A stretch of 64,000 nt of DNA from positions 29,952,932 through 30,016,931 of the forward strand of contig OZ316892.1 of the NCBI GenBank assembly GCA_973895155.1, given 5' to 3'. The notes below the pieces were generated by a model, which saw nothing but the letters and a program-made list of their open reading frames with translations, had not been told where the DNA came from and searched no databases. Position 1 is the stretch's first letter, and the number at the start of each line of letters is the position of its first letter. A program made the translations under genes and the position numbers. Shown in pieces: positions 1 through 13,089 of this stretch. This DNA comes from Marsupella aquatica (Eukaryota; Plantae; Marchantiophyta).

Positions 1-323
1 AGACTTGCCTCATGTTGAGCCCTTACTGTAGTCATCATGTGTATTAACAATCAAAGCATGGCATTTAGGCTCAGCCGCTCAAGCAACAATGAGACCAAAC
101 GTGGGTGGGATCCTGGTATAAGCCTTTCCAAGGGGATAACCAGAAAAAATAAAATCTAGACTATCTTATGAACTTCACGCACAATATGTGTATGACCTTA
201 ATAGAGACAACACAATGAGAGTAGCCATCAGATAGCAACACTTGTTCATAACAAACTCCATAAATGTTATGACAGAAAATATTTGACCACCAGAGTACGT
301 AAATCATAAGACATCCTAATAAA

Positions 324-1292
324 TCAAAGATAAAAATAAGGGGAGCTCTCAACATCGTCTTGTTGCCCTGCGATCTTATGAATCACAGTGCAAAAAGCCA
401 AAAGAATAACTGAGACTCCACCGGCACCAAATGCAGTTGCTACTTGATCAGCTGCTTTTGAGCTCAATGCAAAAGCTAAAGGAAACATCTCTTCTGTCGT
501 AGTTATACAATCCCCTATGTCAGATGTCATCGCAAAATGGTATACAAATCGTCGTGCAGCCTCAGGATCCCTATGGTGGAGTGCATCCATCTCAAACTCT
601 CCAATAAAATCAAGAACATCATCAGCCTGACCATGGATGGTAACCCAAGTTGGGTTCACTTGTACAACAAGGATGGGATTGTCATCGGTCACATCCAATT
701 TGTGAATCAACACTAATAACTGCAATGCAGATAGTTTGAGCAATTGTTCAACCTGCAGCGAGGCATCTTTCGGACTGCACCAGGTCTTCCATTCACATAT
801 CATATTAAAAGTCAGAGTAACACAAACACAATAAAATGACCACCCCTAGACTGTGCCAAAGTAACTAAAACCCACTTAGTTGGCCAAGATAGAAATGCCT
901 ATTTCAACTGTAGTTCCTATAACCCATACAATTCATACCTTTAAAACAACTGGCAAAAGTTGTTTCTTTGTGGATGGCTGCTTTTCACTATTGACAGCAT
1001 CTTCCTGCATATAACTCATACACAATAATTATAGAGACCAGGCGCCAATGTATTGAAGCTGAGTGGGCCCTCATTAAACCAGAATCAATACCCTCAACGC
1101 TCAAATTTCAAAAGAACAAGCCAAAAGGAAACAAATATGTCAAATTTAAAGATCTGTCACACATCCTCTTGATGTAAAACCTTCCATGCAGGTACCAATC
1201 ACAAAATTATAACAAAAGCCTTCATTTGACACTTGTCCTTGCTTACCTCTAGTAAGATTCTCCGTGGACCTAGTCCCTGGCCCAGTGGCCAT
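324..1292 (-). other. Possible spliced or decayed coding sequence of unknown function (159-aa ORF at 324-803 plus candidate small upstream exons); possibly TE-derived
   Basis: ORF 324..803 is open for 159 codons. Candidate exons MATGPGTRSTENLTR|GTAAGC (~1292-1247) and AG|EDAVNSEKQPSTKKQLLPVVLK|GTATGA (~1005-940). No recognisable domain. Confidence 0.25.
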
Positions 1293-1334
1293 TGTGATAC
1301 TACACCAGCACCTTGGGGGCCAGATCCAACAGCA

Positions 1335-1373
1335 CCCTAAACCCACAAAACCCTAAACCCTTAACCCTTAACC
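1335..1373 (+). repeat. Short telomere-like (CCCTAAA/CCCTTAA) tract including telo-box AAACCCTAA
   Basis: ccctaaacccacaaaaccctaaacccttaacccttaacc read directly. Confidence 0.5.
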
Positions 1374-1777
1374 TCTGGGGTCCTGCAGTGTATCTGTGAT
1401 CTGCTCAGACATAACCGCCTTGTTAAAATTGAATTCACAGCTGTTGTGAGTCCTGAATGTTCTCAAACATCACTAGTATCAGAATGAATTCTTCTTCAAA
1501 AACACATAGACAAATGCTTGGCTCCTTGCATTGTACTGACATAACTATCTCCGCAACTATCTTTGCTTTCAGGAATTGTAAGTTTGGAGATAATTGTATA
1601 TTATTTTATAATCTATTTGAATTTATGTCATTTTGTTCACATATTATCAATGGTCCTTGTGCTTATTTGTGCTGAAATGCTTTTATAAGTATGATCTCTA
1701 TCCTACATTTCTTTGTGAATTAATAAATAATATAATACATATTATTTAGTAATATAATATTAATATGATTTGGCCTA

Positions 1778-1862
1778 TAAAGTGTACATTTAGGGACCAA
1801 AAAGTATACATTTGGGTGTTTTGAAGTATACATTTGGGGCCTTGAAAGTGTACATTTTGAGA
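1778..1862. repeat. Degenerate ~22-bp tandem repeat, 4 copies
   Basis: Core aagtRtacattt recurs near 1780, 1802, 1824 and 1846. Confidence 0.7.
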
Positions 1863-3328
1863 CTGATTTATGAAAAATACTTTTAATAAATAGGTTGATA
1901 CTCCCTAATATAGTGTAGAGCATGTTTCATCCTGGAACATGCTTGATGTTTTGTCTTGTAGTGATATGTAAGTGAATCAAATAAGAGAGTAGAACTAGAA
2001 TAGGACATGCAAAGAAAACCACATAGTGAGCAATGAAAAATACACTCAATGACCAATGAAAAGTATAGTTAGGTGCTATGACACAAAGGCACTAAGATGT
2101 GTGCACTTAATTCAATGTGCCTTATTAATGCATCAATTCAATAAAAACCATAACTGAGGGAAGAAAGTCATGAGGGGAACTTAGGACACCATGCATTCAC
2201 CTTTATTTAGAATCATTTTTCTCTCGCATGAGAATACTTAAAATTTTTGTTCAAGTGATAGAAATTAAAGTCATTGGGATTAAAAATTCAGAGGGCTGCC
2301 CAAATGAGTTCCAAATTCTCTGAGATACCAAAAATTAAAGGGGTTCAAAAATTGATTAAAATCTATATAATACAAATTCATAATTTTTATTTTTATAAAT
2401 TATCATAAGTTATTATAAATTATTAATTTATACATGAAAAATATTATAAATTATAAATATGAAATAAATATACATGACATAAAAATTATGAATGAGACAA
2501 TATCTGAAAGTGCATTCACCATTATAGCAACTTCAAAACACCTACTTAAGTCCTTTATGGGGGAACAAGGCCCTAGTAACCCCTTCATCTGGACCGTTGA
2601 AGATTTCCCCATAATCCCCTCAATCCCCCGACCCTTGCCTTAGTCACTGGTGGGAACTGCCCCAAGCACCCGGCTCATTATATATCACACTGCACAAAGG
2701 CAAAAAAAGCTTAACAGGGAGACATGATCCCAAAGGCAAAGCAACCCAATGAAGGGGAGGAAAAGAGGGGAAAGGGCCTCAAGAAAAACAATCCAAAGGG
2801 GTCCCCAACCAAAAGGCAACAAAAGGCATCAAAATAACAAGGACAAAAAAGTAACCTACGCTCATTGGACAACATTTTCACAAAGAACATCGGGAAAGAG
2901 CATATCGAATGTTGAGGTTTTCGTCTCTTTGCGTAGTTTGTCGAAGGGTTTACCGTCGCGATGCAGAGTGCACTTATTCACTCATTGACACAAGCAACAT
3001 ACATTGGGAGTTTAGTCGGGCCTCGTGGTTGTCAATGTGGAGTTCATTAGCGCTTTGTACTTGTGGGCAATGGGAAACTGCCCTACCGTAGGACCGAGCT
3101 CCTGCGTTCCTACTTGCTGCTGCCGCCATCCTGATTTGTTCCCTTACGGACTTGTAACTCTTGGGACAACTCCTTACTGCTGCCATTACATGCCGCCCAC
3201 CATCGCTGATCAGCTCGAGCTCACGCACCTGTAGTGGAAGGAACTCTAGCTGCCAGCAAACAGTGCAGCGGCGACCAGGAAGGAGGAGCGCTAACCTGAA
3301 GGGAATTTTTTGTGAAGGAGCAAGAACT

Positions 3329-3500
3329 GAGTCGCGAATTGCACCTTAGGGCTATAAAGGGAGTTTCTCCTGTCAGTTGGAGTTCGGGCTTGATTGAGCT
3401 GCATCAGTGGATTCAGAGTCGCGAATTGCACCTTAGCGCTATAAAGGGAGTTTCTCCTGTCAGTTGGAGTTCGGGCTTGAGTGAGCTGCATCAGTGGATT
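3329..3500 (+). repeat. 87-bp tandem duplication just upstream of the mS33 ATG; each copy carries TATAAA
   Basis: gagtcgcgaattgcacctt...gcatcagtggatt starts at 3329 and 3416; copies nearly identical. Confidence 0.9.
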
Positions 3501-3534
3501 GGAGTTGCGGAGGGACGGGGAGGAGGAAGAGAGG

Positions 3535-3816
3535 ATGAGTCTAAGCGGGCAAACCGCATTGCGGTTGGCAGAAGCAGCGGGGCGGATCTTTGGGAACGTG
3601 GTGGGCAACGGTTTTCAATCGGGGAGAAAAGTGCTGTCCCAGAAGCTGGTGGGAGAGAAGATCGTGGCTTGGTATCCCACACCCATGCAAAAAGTGGACC
3701 CTTCGTATGAGGATCCTCAGGAGAAGCGACGAGTGCTGAAGCTGGAGCGGCTGAAGCGCAGAGGCAAAGGACCTCCAAAGAAGGGCCACGGCAAGCGGGC
3801 GTCCAAGGGCAAGTAG
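3535..3816 (+). CDS. mS33: Mitochondrial small-subunit ribosomal protein mS33 (Rsm27/MRP-S33 family), single exon, 93 aa
   Basis: MSLSGQTALRLAEAAGRIFG...RKVLSQKLVG..WYP...KRRGKGPPKKG matches family hallmarks (RIFG, Y-P, RGKGxPKK). Confidence 0.88.
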   Translation: MSLSGQTALRLAEAAGRIFGNVVGNGFQSGRKVLSQKLVGEKIVAWYPTPMQKVDPSYEDPQEKRRVLKLERLKRRGKGPPKKGHGKRASKGK

Positions 3817-5570
3817 AGTGGCGAAGAAGACGAGAGAAAGTCCATCTGCCGTTTGGTATCCGGAATTCTGAATCGTGAGAGTAAACCTTTCCTCGGCGTC
3901 GGGATCTCCGTTTGAAAATAATTTTGTGCGCTAGTTGAGTTATGAACAGACCGAGTAAGAGAGGCTAATAGACAACTATAATTTCATGGTGTCTTTGGCG
4001 ACCTGTCACGTTACTAGTGTCAGGTATTGGTTTTGTCAGTAGGAGCAGGAGGGAAGATTTTGATGTCTGTTGAGAACTTTCAACTTCACTTTTGGTGTCA
4101 TTAGCTGCCGCACAAGTAGGCGTGCTAGAAAGTTACAATTGGAATGGCCTCATCCAAATTGCCAGCTTGTGCAGCTCTTGAGAGCATGGAATGAGGAAGG
4201 TGCTAGCTGACTCAAATTTACGCTAGAAATCGTTCTAGGGCTTCACACAAGACGAATGGCAGAATTGTTGTATATCTGATGAATCGATCAATTGGTGTCG
4301 TTGGGTATTGGATGGAAGGAGAAATGATATGTTCATATTATCCTTGGCATCTCATCGCTCTGATTAGACGTAAAAGTCCTTCCATTGTGATTACGAAAGT
4401 TGCATTTTCTGAACGAAGTGATTACGCGGTCCAGAGATATTGAATTTGGAGTGGCCGGAAGTTCCAAGGTACACTGTAGAACCATATTACAATTAGAAGT
4501 GCTAATGAATTCAAGAGTGATTGTTCCTCATTGCCTACACTGCCGAAACCAGTGTAGAAGGTTGACATAAGACCAAAGCCGGTTGGATAGGCGATATTCT
4601 CTTGCGGAAGGAAAAAACTTGAAATTGAAATTACGAGGACACGTGGCGAAATTCACCAAGGCTCGGGGAATCGTTTGCTCCGATCTGAAAGCTCAGAGCT
4701 TTAAGATAGTGTTCCTCGAGACCCATCATGAACCATTACCTTGGACTCTGTAGTCTTGTCTAGAACATTTTGGTTGGTTTTGTTCACAACAAACGGTCTA
4801 CATGTGACAGGACGTCTTGCTGGAGAATAATTCCGAACTCCTTGTGTTGATGGGCTTATCCATCAGTACGTCCGTTTCAGCGCATGAAAGAGATTCAATG
4901 ACCATAGTATCCATTGCAAAGAAGCTGACCTCTCAAAGCCACCGCACAAAACCGTCCAATGACCAGCTAACTCCTAAAGTGTATGTGCCTGAACGATTCC
5001 TGTGATTTTGCAGCTGTATGCTGTTCTGCTCTCGTACAAGCATCCAGTTAAAACAAATAAAATCTTCAAGCCCCCAGATAATTTAGGCCGATTGATGTCA
5101 GCTTTGCACTTTGGAGGTCTATTCACTCTTCTTTCATTGAGGTGCACTTCACATCCCTGTATTCTTCGTAAAATAGCACAGAACGCTGTCGTACTCAACT
5201 ACCAACCTCTACTAAAAGGTGCCGCCAATGCCAACCTGGCATCTGCTGCGGAGACGTGTAATGCGTCGTAGGAGATGAGGCTTCGGCGTTCTTTACTTTG
5301 TCTTGGGCGTAGACAATTGCCACCAATTCAAAGATTTCTGCTTTGCAATCCAGGGGTATCAAGTATCAACCTTTTGGATTAGCTTCTGATAATTGTGTAA
5401 GGCTTAATCAAGTTGCTCTTTGTTTTCCAAGATTCCAACGTGCAGAAAAGGCAGACAATCCAACACTTAACGTCGGCATCTTGGGCACCCACCTACAAGC
5501 AGGAATTAAAAAAGCGCTAGTACAGACAACGAGGGGAATGGCTTGGTGGATGCCCGGTGTCTTCCCTAAA

Positions 5571-5741
5571 CGAAGCCATCTACATCTCTATTTTCAAGAA
5601 AACATATCTACTATATTCTTTTAGAGGGCTGGCAGGTGTGGGACTCCGACTCGAAGCAATCCAAATCTCTATTTTCAAGAATACAGATCGACTGTACTAT
5701 TTTAGGGGGCCCTGCAGGGTGTGGGACTCCGACTCCAAGCA
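5571..5741. repeat. ~81-bp imperfect tandem duplication downstream of HCF101
   Basis: aagc.atc.a.atctctattttcaagaa...gtgtgggactccgactc starts at 5573 and 5654. Confidence 0.8.
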
Positions 5742-5901
5742 TTAGATATGTAATTTTCACCATTCACTTTGGTAATGATAGGGGTCCATTGACTTTAGGG
5801 ACACATTCGGCCAAGCAGGAAATTTTTCATAGACCAAAATATTCTACAAAAGAAGCTTCAAATTGAAATTTTATGTATAGACTTTAATTAAGGCATACAT
5901 C

Positions 5902-8900
5902 TCAGACATTCTTGAGTCTGGTTTCTGACAAAGCTCTGGCGTGCTCCAGTAAGTTAAGAGCATTTTCGCGCTTCTTATCCCTTGATTCTTGTTCAATCTC
6001 CTCTGGGTCAAGAGATATTTGCTCCTCTCCAAATTCGGCATCATCAACATCCACCAATCGTTCCAACTGCTGTAGTTGTTCATAAGGTGCTATCTGTAGT
6101 AAATACATCTCAAGTTAGAGAAGAAAGAGTGCCATGGACAATTGGGATATAAACTGTCTCAAGCGTCAACGCTAAACAAATGAAGCAAAAGCAGGCGATG
6201 GCCCATGAATTTTGAGTTACCTGACTGAATCCATCAGGCCAATTGATAGCGACTGCATAATTTCCCATTGGCTGTATACTCTCTGGTTCTATGTCTTCGG
6301 CAATGTCAGTGTACCGTAATTTCTGCTCTCCCGTCCATTCGTCCTGATAATATCCCCAAAAAAATTAAATTCGTAATAGGCAGAACTGCCGAAACGGGGA
6401 TGTTTGCAAGGTCTGCATATTAGGCTAAAGATGGCAAGCAGAACTCTTGCAAGCACATTCAACTCTAGAGAATTGGTTGAATATAGTAGTTCAAATATAG
6501 TAGGAGCAAGCGATAATATCCTTTGAAAGCAAATCTTTCTAATCACAATACTTAAATTGGCGTTCACTGCCAAATGTACTCACAATCCCGACTGCGTTTC
6601 ATTTCTCTTCCAGTGACTACTCAAGGTAGGTATCATCATAAGCTTTATGATTCCGCTTCATAATCAAACTAAAACCTCAGTGAGCGGATCTATAAAGCCA
6701 GGGAACACAAATACTTAAATCATATTTGAGGAGTGATGGGAAACAAAGCTACGTACAACACTCTTTGCAGATCGATCATTTCGCCGCACGTTAGCAGGAT
6801 GCAGATAAAACTCCTCGGTTGTGCCAGGAACTTTCACACGAATGGCTTTCTTCTTTTTGTCGTACATGACTGCTGTTGTCACTGCACAAAAAACATGTTG
6901 GGAAAATCAGATCCACAAACAAAAGTTGATCCTTCCAATAATCTATCAATAGCTTAACAAATCAATTGATTGCCATACACGTGGAAACTTCTGTAAAATG
7001 TTGAAACGTGGATTTCAAGCAATCGTCCCTATACAACACACCCGCCACGATATTAGATCATGGCATAAAGCAGAGATCCCATACCTTGCTGCCGGAGCTT
7101 TGCACATTGTTGGACCACACACACTCCAAGGTTAGAAAAGACTTTCGCGGCTTCACCTTGAGGATCATTTACCACTTCAGGAACGCCAGTATCTCCAGCA
7201 GCTGATAACTGCAAGAAACAAAATGCTCAATTATGTTCTAAGACCTGAGAACTTTCATGTTCATTCTAGATATTGGTGAAAGGTACTTCAACATATGTCA
7301 TGCCCCCAAAATCGAAAAGTTCATTCGTTGTGATTCGATGCCCTGTACTGTATGAATAAGATCTAACGTTGAGTGAATTTAACACTTTTGGGGTGAAGAG
7401 AAATTGCAGCCATACTCGTAGAAGGACACTGCAGTGATCACTCGATAGGCACCTAATACCCAAAAGATATTCTTTGCATCCCAGCTCCAACGACATGTTG
7501 ATTAACAAATGCAAACTTTGCCCAATCTTAAAGGAGAATTCCTAGGATGGTGTCTACTTAAGAGTCTTACAGCCCTTTCTTAAACTTTACAAATTAGGAC
7601 CTGCGAAAGTGTAAATTCGAGTATAACCCAACAAGAAATATTAATCTTACCTCTGGTCTAATGGGAAGCTCGTAAAGATGCGGTATCCCAAATTGTTGTA
7701 CAACCTGCAAAAACATTCCACCACAGATCCAGGACACAACAAAGGTTAGAGACATCTTCCGGCTCTCCCACTTATTCTCTCCCCCTGCTCGAATTTTAGC
7801 AAAACTTTTCGTAGTGAAGCAAGCCGTGAAAAGCACCACTTACAAAAACCACACTATCCTCAGGAAGGCGGTATAACTAGCTCTCGTTCCAAAATCCGAA
7901 GGTAAAGTAATCACCTCCACGCTTTTTACAAGAGAGGACACGAAGCCTACTGATACAACTTGAAGGTAGAATCTGTCTACAGACTAGGAGAGGAAACTAA
8001 GAAGCCTACGTTTCTATTCCCATGCTCCAAGCATGCCGTCAACTGGTGCCTCTATTCACAAACCTCTTCGGAGAAATCTCTGCTTACTTTCAGATAATTC
8101 GTGCTGAAGATACAAATGATAATTATCCAAGCTTAGACTCTTAAATTGTCAGGGTTGCTACCTGAGCACCAGATCCTTTGCCGTACGGAAAGTAGCGTTT
8201 GTCGTCACCATCAAAATAGCACATATTCTCAACAACAGCAACGCAGGGAACCTGCAGAGTCGAGCAAACACTAAGGACTGAATGATGAAAGACTTGTAGC
8301 CATTCGCATCTGACAATAATCCATTCTGAGATCTTATAAACTAAGTATTAATAGTTTTGTTTACGCTCAAACTTCAAATGTGTTATTTGACTTAATACTT
8401 TACCATCAGCTTTTTAAAATGAAGACTTAGAGCCAAGTCTTACTATACAGAATTCATAGTGTGTATCATCCTTTAGGCAGTAAGTTGTCCTCAGCAATAT
8501 TTGGGTATTTATTCCGCTCGGGGCAATCATCAATGAGAATTACAAAAAGGTGAATTACAAACAGTGCCACTAATTTTTCAGTGTCAACATCTACCTCCAG
8601 AATGGAAGCTTGAAAGCAAAGTCTTCTGACACACCAAGCGTAGAAATATTGAGTTGGAGTGAAATAAAAACCTTTAATTTTGAAAACATCCTAACACCCT
8701 TTGCAACATCGATAAACGCCAGTTTCTGTGGAGTCGTGACTATGACTGCTGCAGTAAGAGGCACCACCTGCAAGATTGCAGCCACACTGTTAGTATCCAG
8801 CAGAACTGGACTGATCTGGACTGATCATAAGTAACGCAGGAGCATTGTTCGGTCTCGCAAACATAGTCACCTGGCATAAGGTGAGTTGAATGTCACCAGT

Positions 8901-11616
8901 TCCCGGCGGCATATCAATTACAAGGTAATCCAACTCCCCCCTGCCACACAGGATGCTCAGCGATCAGTAAATCAGTGTTTGAGCCAGAGCATACCCATAT
9001 TCAATAGGAAAAGTTGGGTCAAACCTCACATCCGACATGAAGAACCACTAGAAAGCTTCACGATTCCATGCATTTAGTAGAGCTAAGAAACTGAACTGCA
9101 AATCGGGTGGACATGGAATCCATTCTCAATAACTTAACAACCACAACCCAAGCTCACAGCAATCCGTATGCCCACTCGTTTGGATATAACGAAAGAATAT
9201 ACAAATAGCACCTACCAATCTGTAGTGGTCAATAGCTGGTTGATGAGACCAGAGACCATGGGTCCACGCATAATCGCGTTACCCTGGCCTGCATATCCAA
9301 AAGATACCAATTTCACACCCAGGTATTCAGTTGGAATGATCGTCCTCGTTTCAGCTTCCTGTAAACCCAGGCATGATGTTTGCTGTAAATACAATCAGCT
9401 ATGCAGAGGAATACATGCTTAACCTCAGCACAAGTACCGACACCCCATGTAGTAAGATTTAGGCTTGTTCGTCAATGTATCTCACCATCTGCAAAACCCG
9501 GATCTCTGGAGAAACCATAGTTGGGAGGCTGGGCCCAAAAACATCGGCATCAAATATACCCACTTTGGCACCCATTCCTGCCAAAGAATACGCTAAATTT
9601 ACTGCAACAGTTGACTTGCCCACTCCGCCCTGCCATTAGATGAAAGAATATCCGATCAGTAATTGAATGTGACCGTAACAGTAAGTATGCTTAAACCTGT
9701 GCATGATAGGCAGATGAGTTTTTAGGTAGCCACTTGTTTCAGGAAGTTTTAGAGGTGGCTTTGGATGACCGTACGATGGTTTAGTATCCACCTTGAGCAT
9801 TGACAGATAGCAACAAACGCTGTTGAAGTGAAACTCCACCTAAGAACTTCTTGTTTGCAACTAAGTATCTCACTTTACGTCAAAACAAAGTTAAGTACAA
9901 ATACTTGCAAGCCAAGAAAACAACGCGACCCTATACCTTGCAGCTCGAAACTGCTATTATGTTTGACACCTTTTGTAGTCCCTTTGAAACGCTGTCTGGT
10001 ACCAACGGCTTTGCTGCTTGTGCAGACAAGGTGACGATCACATTCTTCACCCATGGTATCGATCCAACTCTGTCCTTGGATTGCTGAAGGAACTGATTTT
10101 CAACAATAACAGAGAAATGATCACTCATGTGTTGACAACGTTTTGTTGCATAAACATGAGACCATGGACAGCGAAGGTGTCCTACGAATAACTTCCAAGT
10201 AAATAAAATGATGGGTTTCGAGCACAGCCTCCACAGGACCTACAAGTCATGAATGAATGCCCAGCCTCGAAGCTCAGCAATAAGCTTTCTAACAAGTTCG
10301 CTGTCTTCTTTGACAAACCTTCGGAACGTATATGTAGTTCATACACATTGCAAAAGGCTTTGCACCGCATTTGAACACGAGCTGGCAGAACAAAGAATTT
10401 GTAATTGAATATAACACGACAATCCAGTAAGTGATGGCAAGAAGTCGCTCGAGTTTTCTGGGCCAGATATTCATCGTTACCTCGTCTTTCACAGGGCAAG
10501 CTGGTGTCGTGAGCTCCAAATTGAAAGAGACCTGCAGCAACAGACGTGTAGACGATAGAGAGTGGTGACACATAGGAGAAGATGGCAGAATATGAATGTA
10601 TTCGCAGATATCAAGGAATACTTGGGGAGAATCTCCGACATACATTGCGCAAATGTCAATGGCAACCTCCTTAACCAGATAAAGCCCACTTGCGAAGGAC
10701 AATATACGAGTACTAGACGCACAAGTAATGTGCATCATTGACATTAAACGTGTGGAAACAATTTCGGCAAGCAAATCGCTCGAACTAATAGTACTGAGAA
10801 TTTCCCTGCAGGCGATCTCGCTCAAAATTGATATATAAACAGTAGGCCATAGCAAACCTACAAAAACAACTTGGATAATTTTAAAATTTTTTCACAGGAC
10901 TCCCTCTCTACTTTCATTCGATGAGTGTTTGGAAAAAAGCACGCAATCGTAGAAATTGTACCTCGCCAGAATTTTCATTGATCTTTAAGTCCTTTACGAA
11001 ACCACACGAAACGATGTCCGTTCCAAAATCGGGATCAATAATTGTGGAGAGCTGGCTGAGAACCTCCTCTTCGACGGTCTGTGTCCCCAACGCTGTAGAC
11101 GCCCCTGTGAAACGGAAAATATATAAAAATTTAATAAAATTAACGAAAAATCACACTCCTTGAACTGAAGTGCTCCCAGGAATGAATGAGCCATATGGAT
11201 CCATCCCGTGTTTGGTCCCTAGTGGCGATTCAGTTCAGCAGCAGCTCTCAAATACTTCAAAGCTCCAGTGGGGGGGACTCCAAACCTGCGCTAGATTGCA
11301 AATTTGACTTCCGGGTTGCAACATTCCTAAACCCTCCTCCGTTCCAGCTATCGTTGTTCACACCCTGCTGCTGTCCCACCACCACACGTTCCCTGATGGC
11401 TTCACCTGCTGTTCCGACTACCAGTCCAGGTCCTCCAAGGCCACTCCTGTCCTTGCTCCTTCCCCATCGTTGCGAAACTCCCCTCCTCAATGTGGACAAC
11501 CTTTTGTAGCAATCAGCCTCCTTCCTGCCAGTGCTACTTTCTGCACTTACTCCCGCACACACAGTCAGCTTCGGTACAGCTCCTATGGCTCCCGCAGCGC
11601 ACGAGAGGGTGTCCAT
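5902..11616 (-). CDS. HCF101: Plastid [4Fe-4S] cluster assembly factor HCF101 (DUF59 + Mrp/NBP35 P-loop NTPase + C-terminal DUF971-type domain), 14 coding exons
   Basis: Exons 11616-11286, 11104-10962, 10531-10481, 10092-9937, 9629-9486, 9358-9216, 8940-8871, 8767-8672, 8251-8162, 7704-7651, 7208-7085, 6881-6757, 6343-6221, 6093-5902 join in frame at GT-AG sites. Motifs [83 protein letters not shown]-terminal transit-like peptide. Confidence 0.96.
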
Positions 11617-13001
11617 CGCTCTATAGATGATTCGACCACCTATAAATCCTAAACCAAGTAGGTGATGACCAATTCTTTGAATCTTCGAAATTGGGGGTAT
11701 TATCTAAACCTCCAACACACTGACCTCACAAGTCCTACAACCGACGAGTGAACAACACTGATTCTATAGAAATGCCCAATTCGCTCCAGCTCCAGAGGAA
11801 AGCCAAATCCTACAGCGAGCAAATGATGACTGACTCCATGAACTTGACTGATTCATCTCAGCTCCACAGGAATGACAATTTCCACGCCGAGCAAATGACT
11901 ACCGACTGTACAAATTTAAGTTGATTCCACGGATCCACAGCGAGCAAATCTTCACTAATCCTACGAAATTGGCCGAATTGGTAGAGCTCTAACGGCTATG
12001 GCTCCGGGCGACAGAGCAGAGGCGGTCTCCCTCATACTTTCTTCATCATCGAACCAGGAAAAAATTCCAGCTGGAGTGAGATCTCAGACTCGATTCGGCA
12101 TACATCAAAGGAAAGAGAAGCGCTTGAACGTGAGTCGAGCGAATGAGAGGGTGGGAGACAGAAAATTCTATCGAGAGGATTCGACGAGATCGTCATGGTG
12201 AGTACCGATCACCCATTGGGAGCCCCCACGGTGGGGGTGTTTGGAGGGGGCTGGACCAATCAGAGAGCACTATGGATATATCTATGAATTGTTTTAATTC
12301 CCCGTCCCCAATGTGGATGTATACGGTTCACGCTCATTGGACGACAGCGAGCGGGGCCGCGGGGGCGCAGTTCAGGGGCTAGGGGCGGAAGGGAGGGGCA
12401 GAGAAAATGATCACTAACCCATAAAAATTACACTGAATCGTGTATAAATGCAGTATGTATAAGTGCATTATGTGGGGCCAACCATGTTCTTCCCTAAATT
12501 ACAAGTTTGGTTTTTGTAAATGCACAAAACACTAAACAACAAAATATTGGCATTAAACCACAAATTTGTAAGTGCATTTCTATCTTTAAAGGTACACATG
12601 CATTTACTGCTAAGTGCAACAAACAACTACAAAGAAAAATAGTTTCCATGCTGAAATGTGCAATATGATGGCTCCATGTATGAGAAGTCCGAGGTGTGTG
12701 ACCAGAACACACAAAGAGGAAGTGCATAAGTAATTTCCCATGCACTTAGTAGATAGGGCAGACTATGTACACATGGAGAAGTGCATAAATGAAGCCTTGT
12801 GCACTTATAAAATAGTGCATTCTATAGATAAGTGCTGGCAGTGTTTTCCTGAGCCTGCACTTAGATACTGTTCACAGTGTACCCTTCCCAGAACTATAAA
12901 AGCTACTAGGGGGTGTCAAAGACAAGTATCTAAGACTGCCCAAGGGAGACTTCAAACTGAATTACAGTGAACAGTGGTAAATCATCCCTCACTTTACATC
13001 G

Positions 13002-13089
13002 TAGGATCCTTGTTAGTGATCATTTGCCTAGAGGAGTAGTAGATCATAGGATCCTTACTAGTCATCATGCGCCTAGACGAGTAGTAGAC
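13002..13089. repeat. 45-bp tandem duplication
   Basis: taggatcctt..tagt.atcat..gcctaga.gagtagtaga at 13002 and 13047. Confidence 0.75.

Noticed and set aside
3291-3789. Overlapping ORFs of 82-132 aa around mS33
   Set aside because: Explained by the in-frame 87-bp duplication and by antisense or alternative frames of the GC-rich mS33 CDS
6976-6990. Apparent HCF101 micro-exon encoding EVST
   Set aside because: The flanking exons already join in frame (QQ|VTTAVMYD), matching the family pattern without it
10182-10855. 129-aa and 188-aa minus-strand ORFs inside HCF101
   Set aside because: Intron read-through around the 51-nt exon 10531-10481; nothing else recognisable
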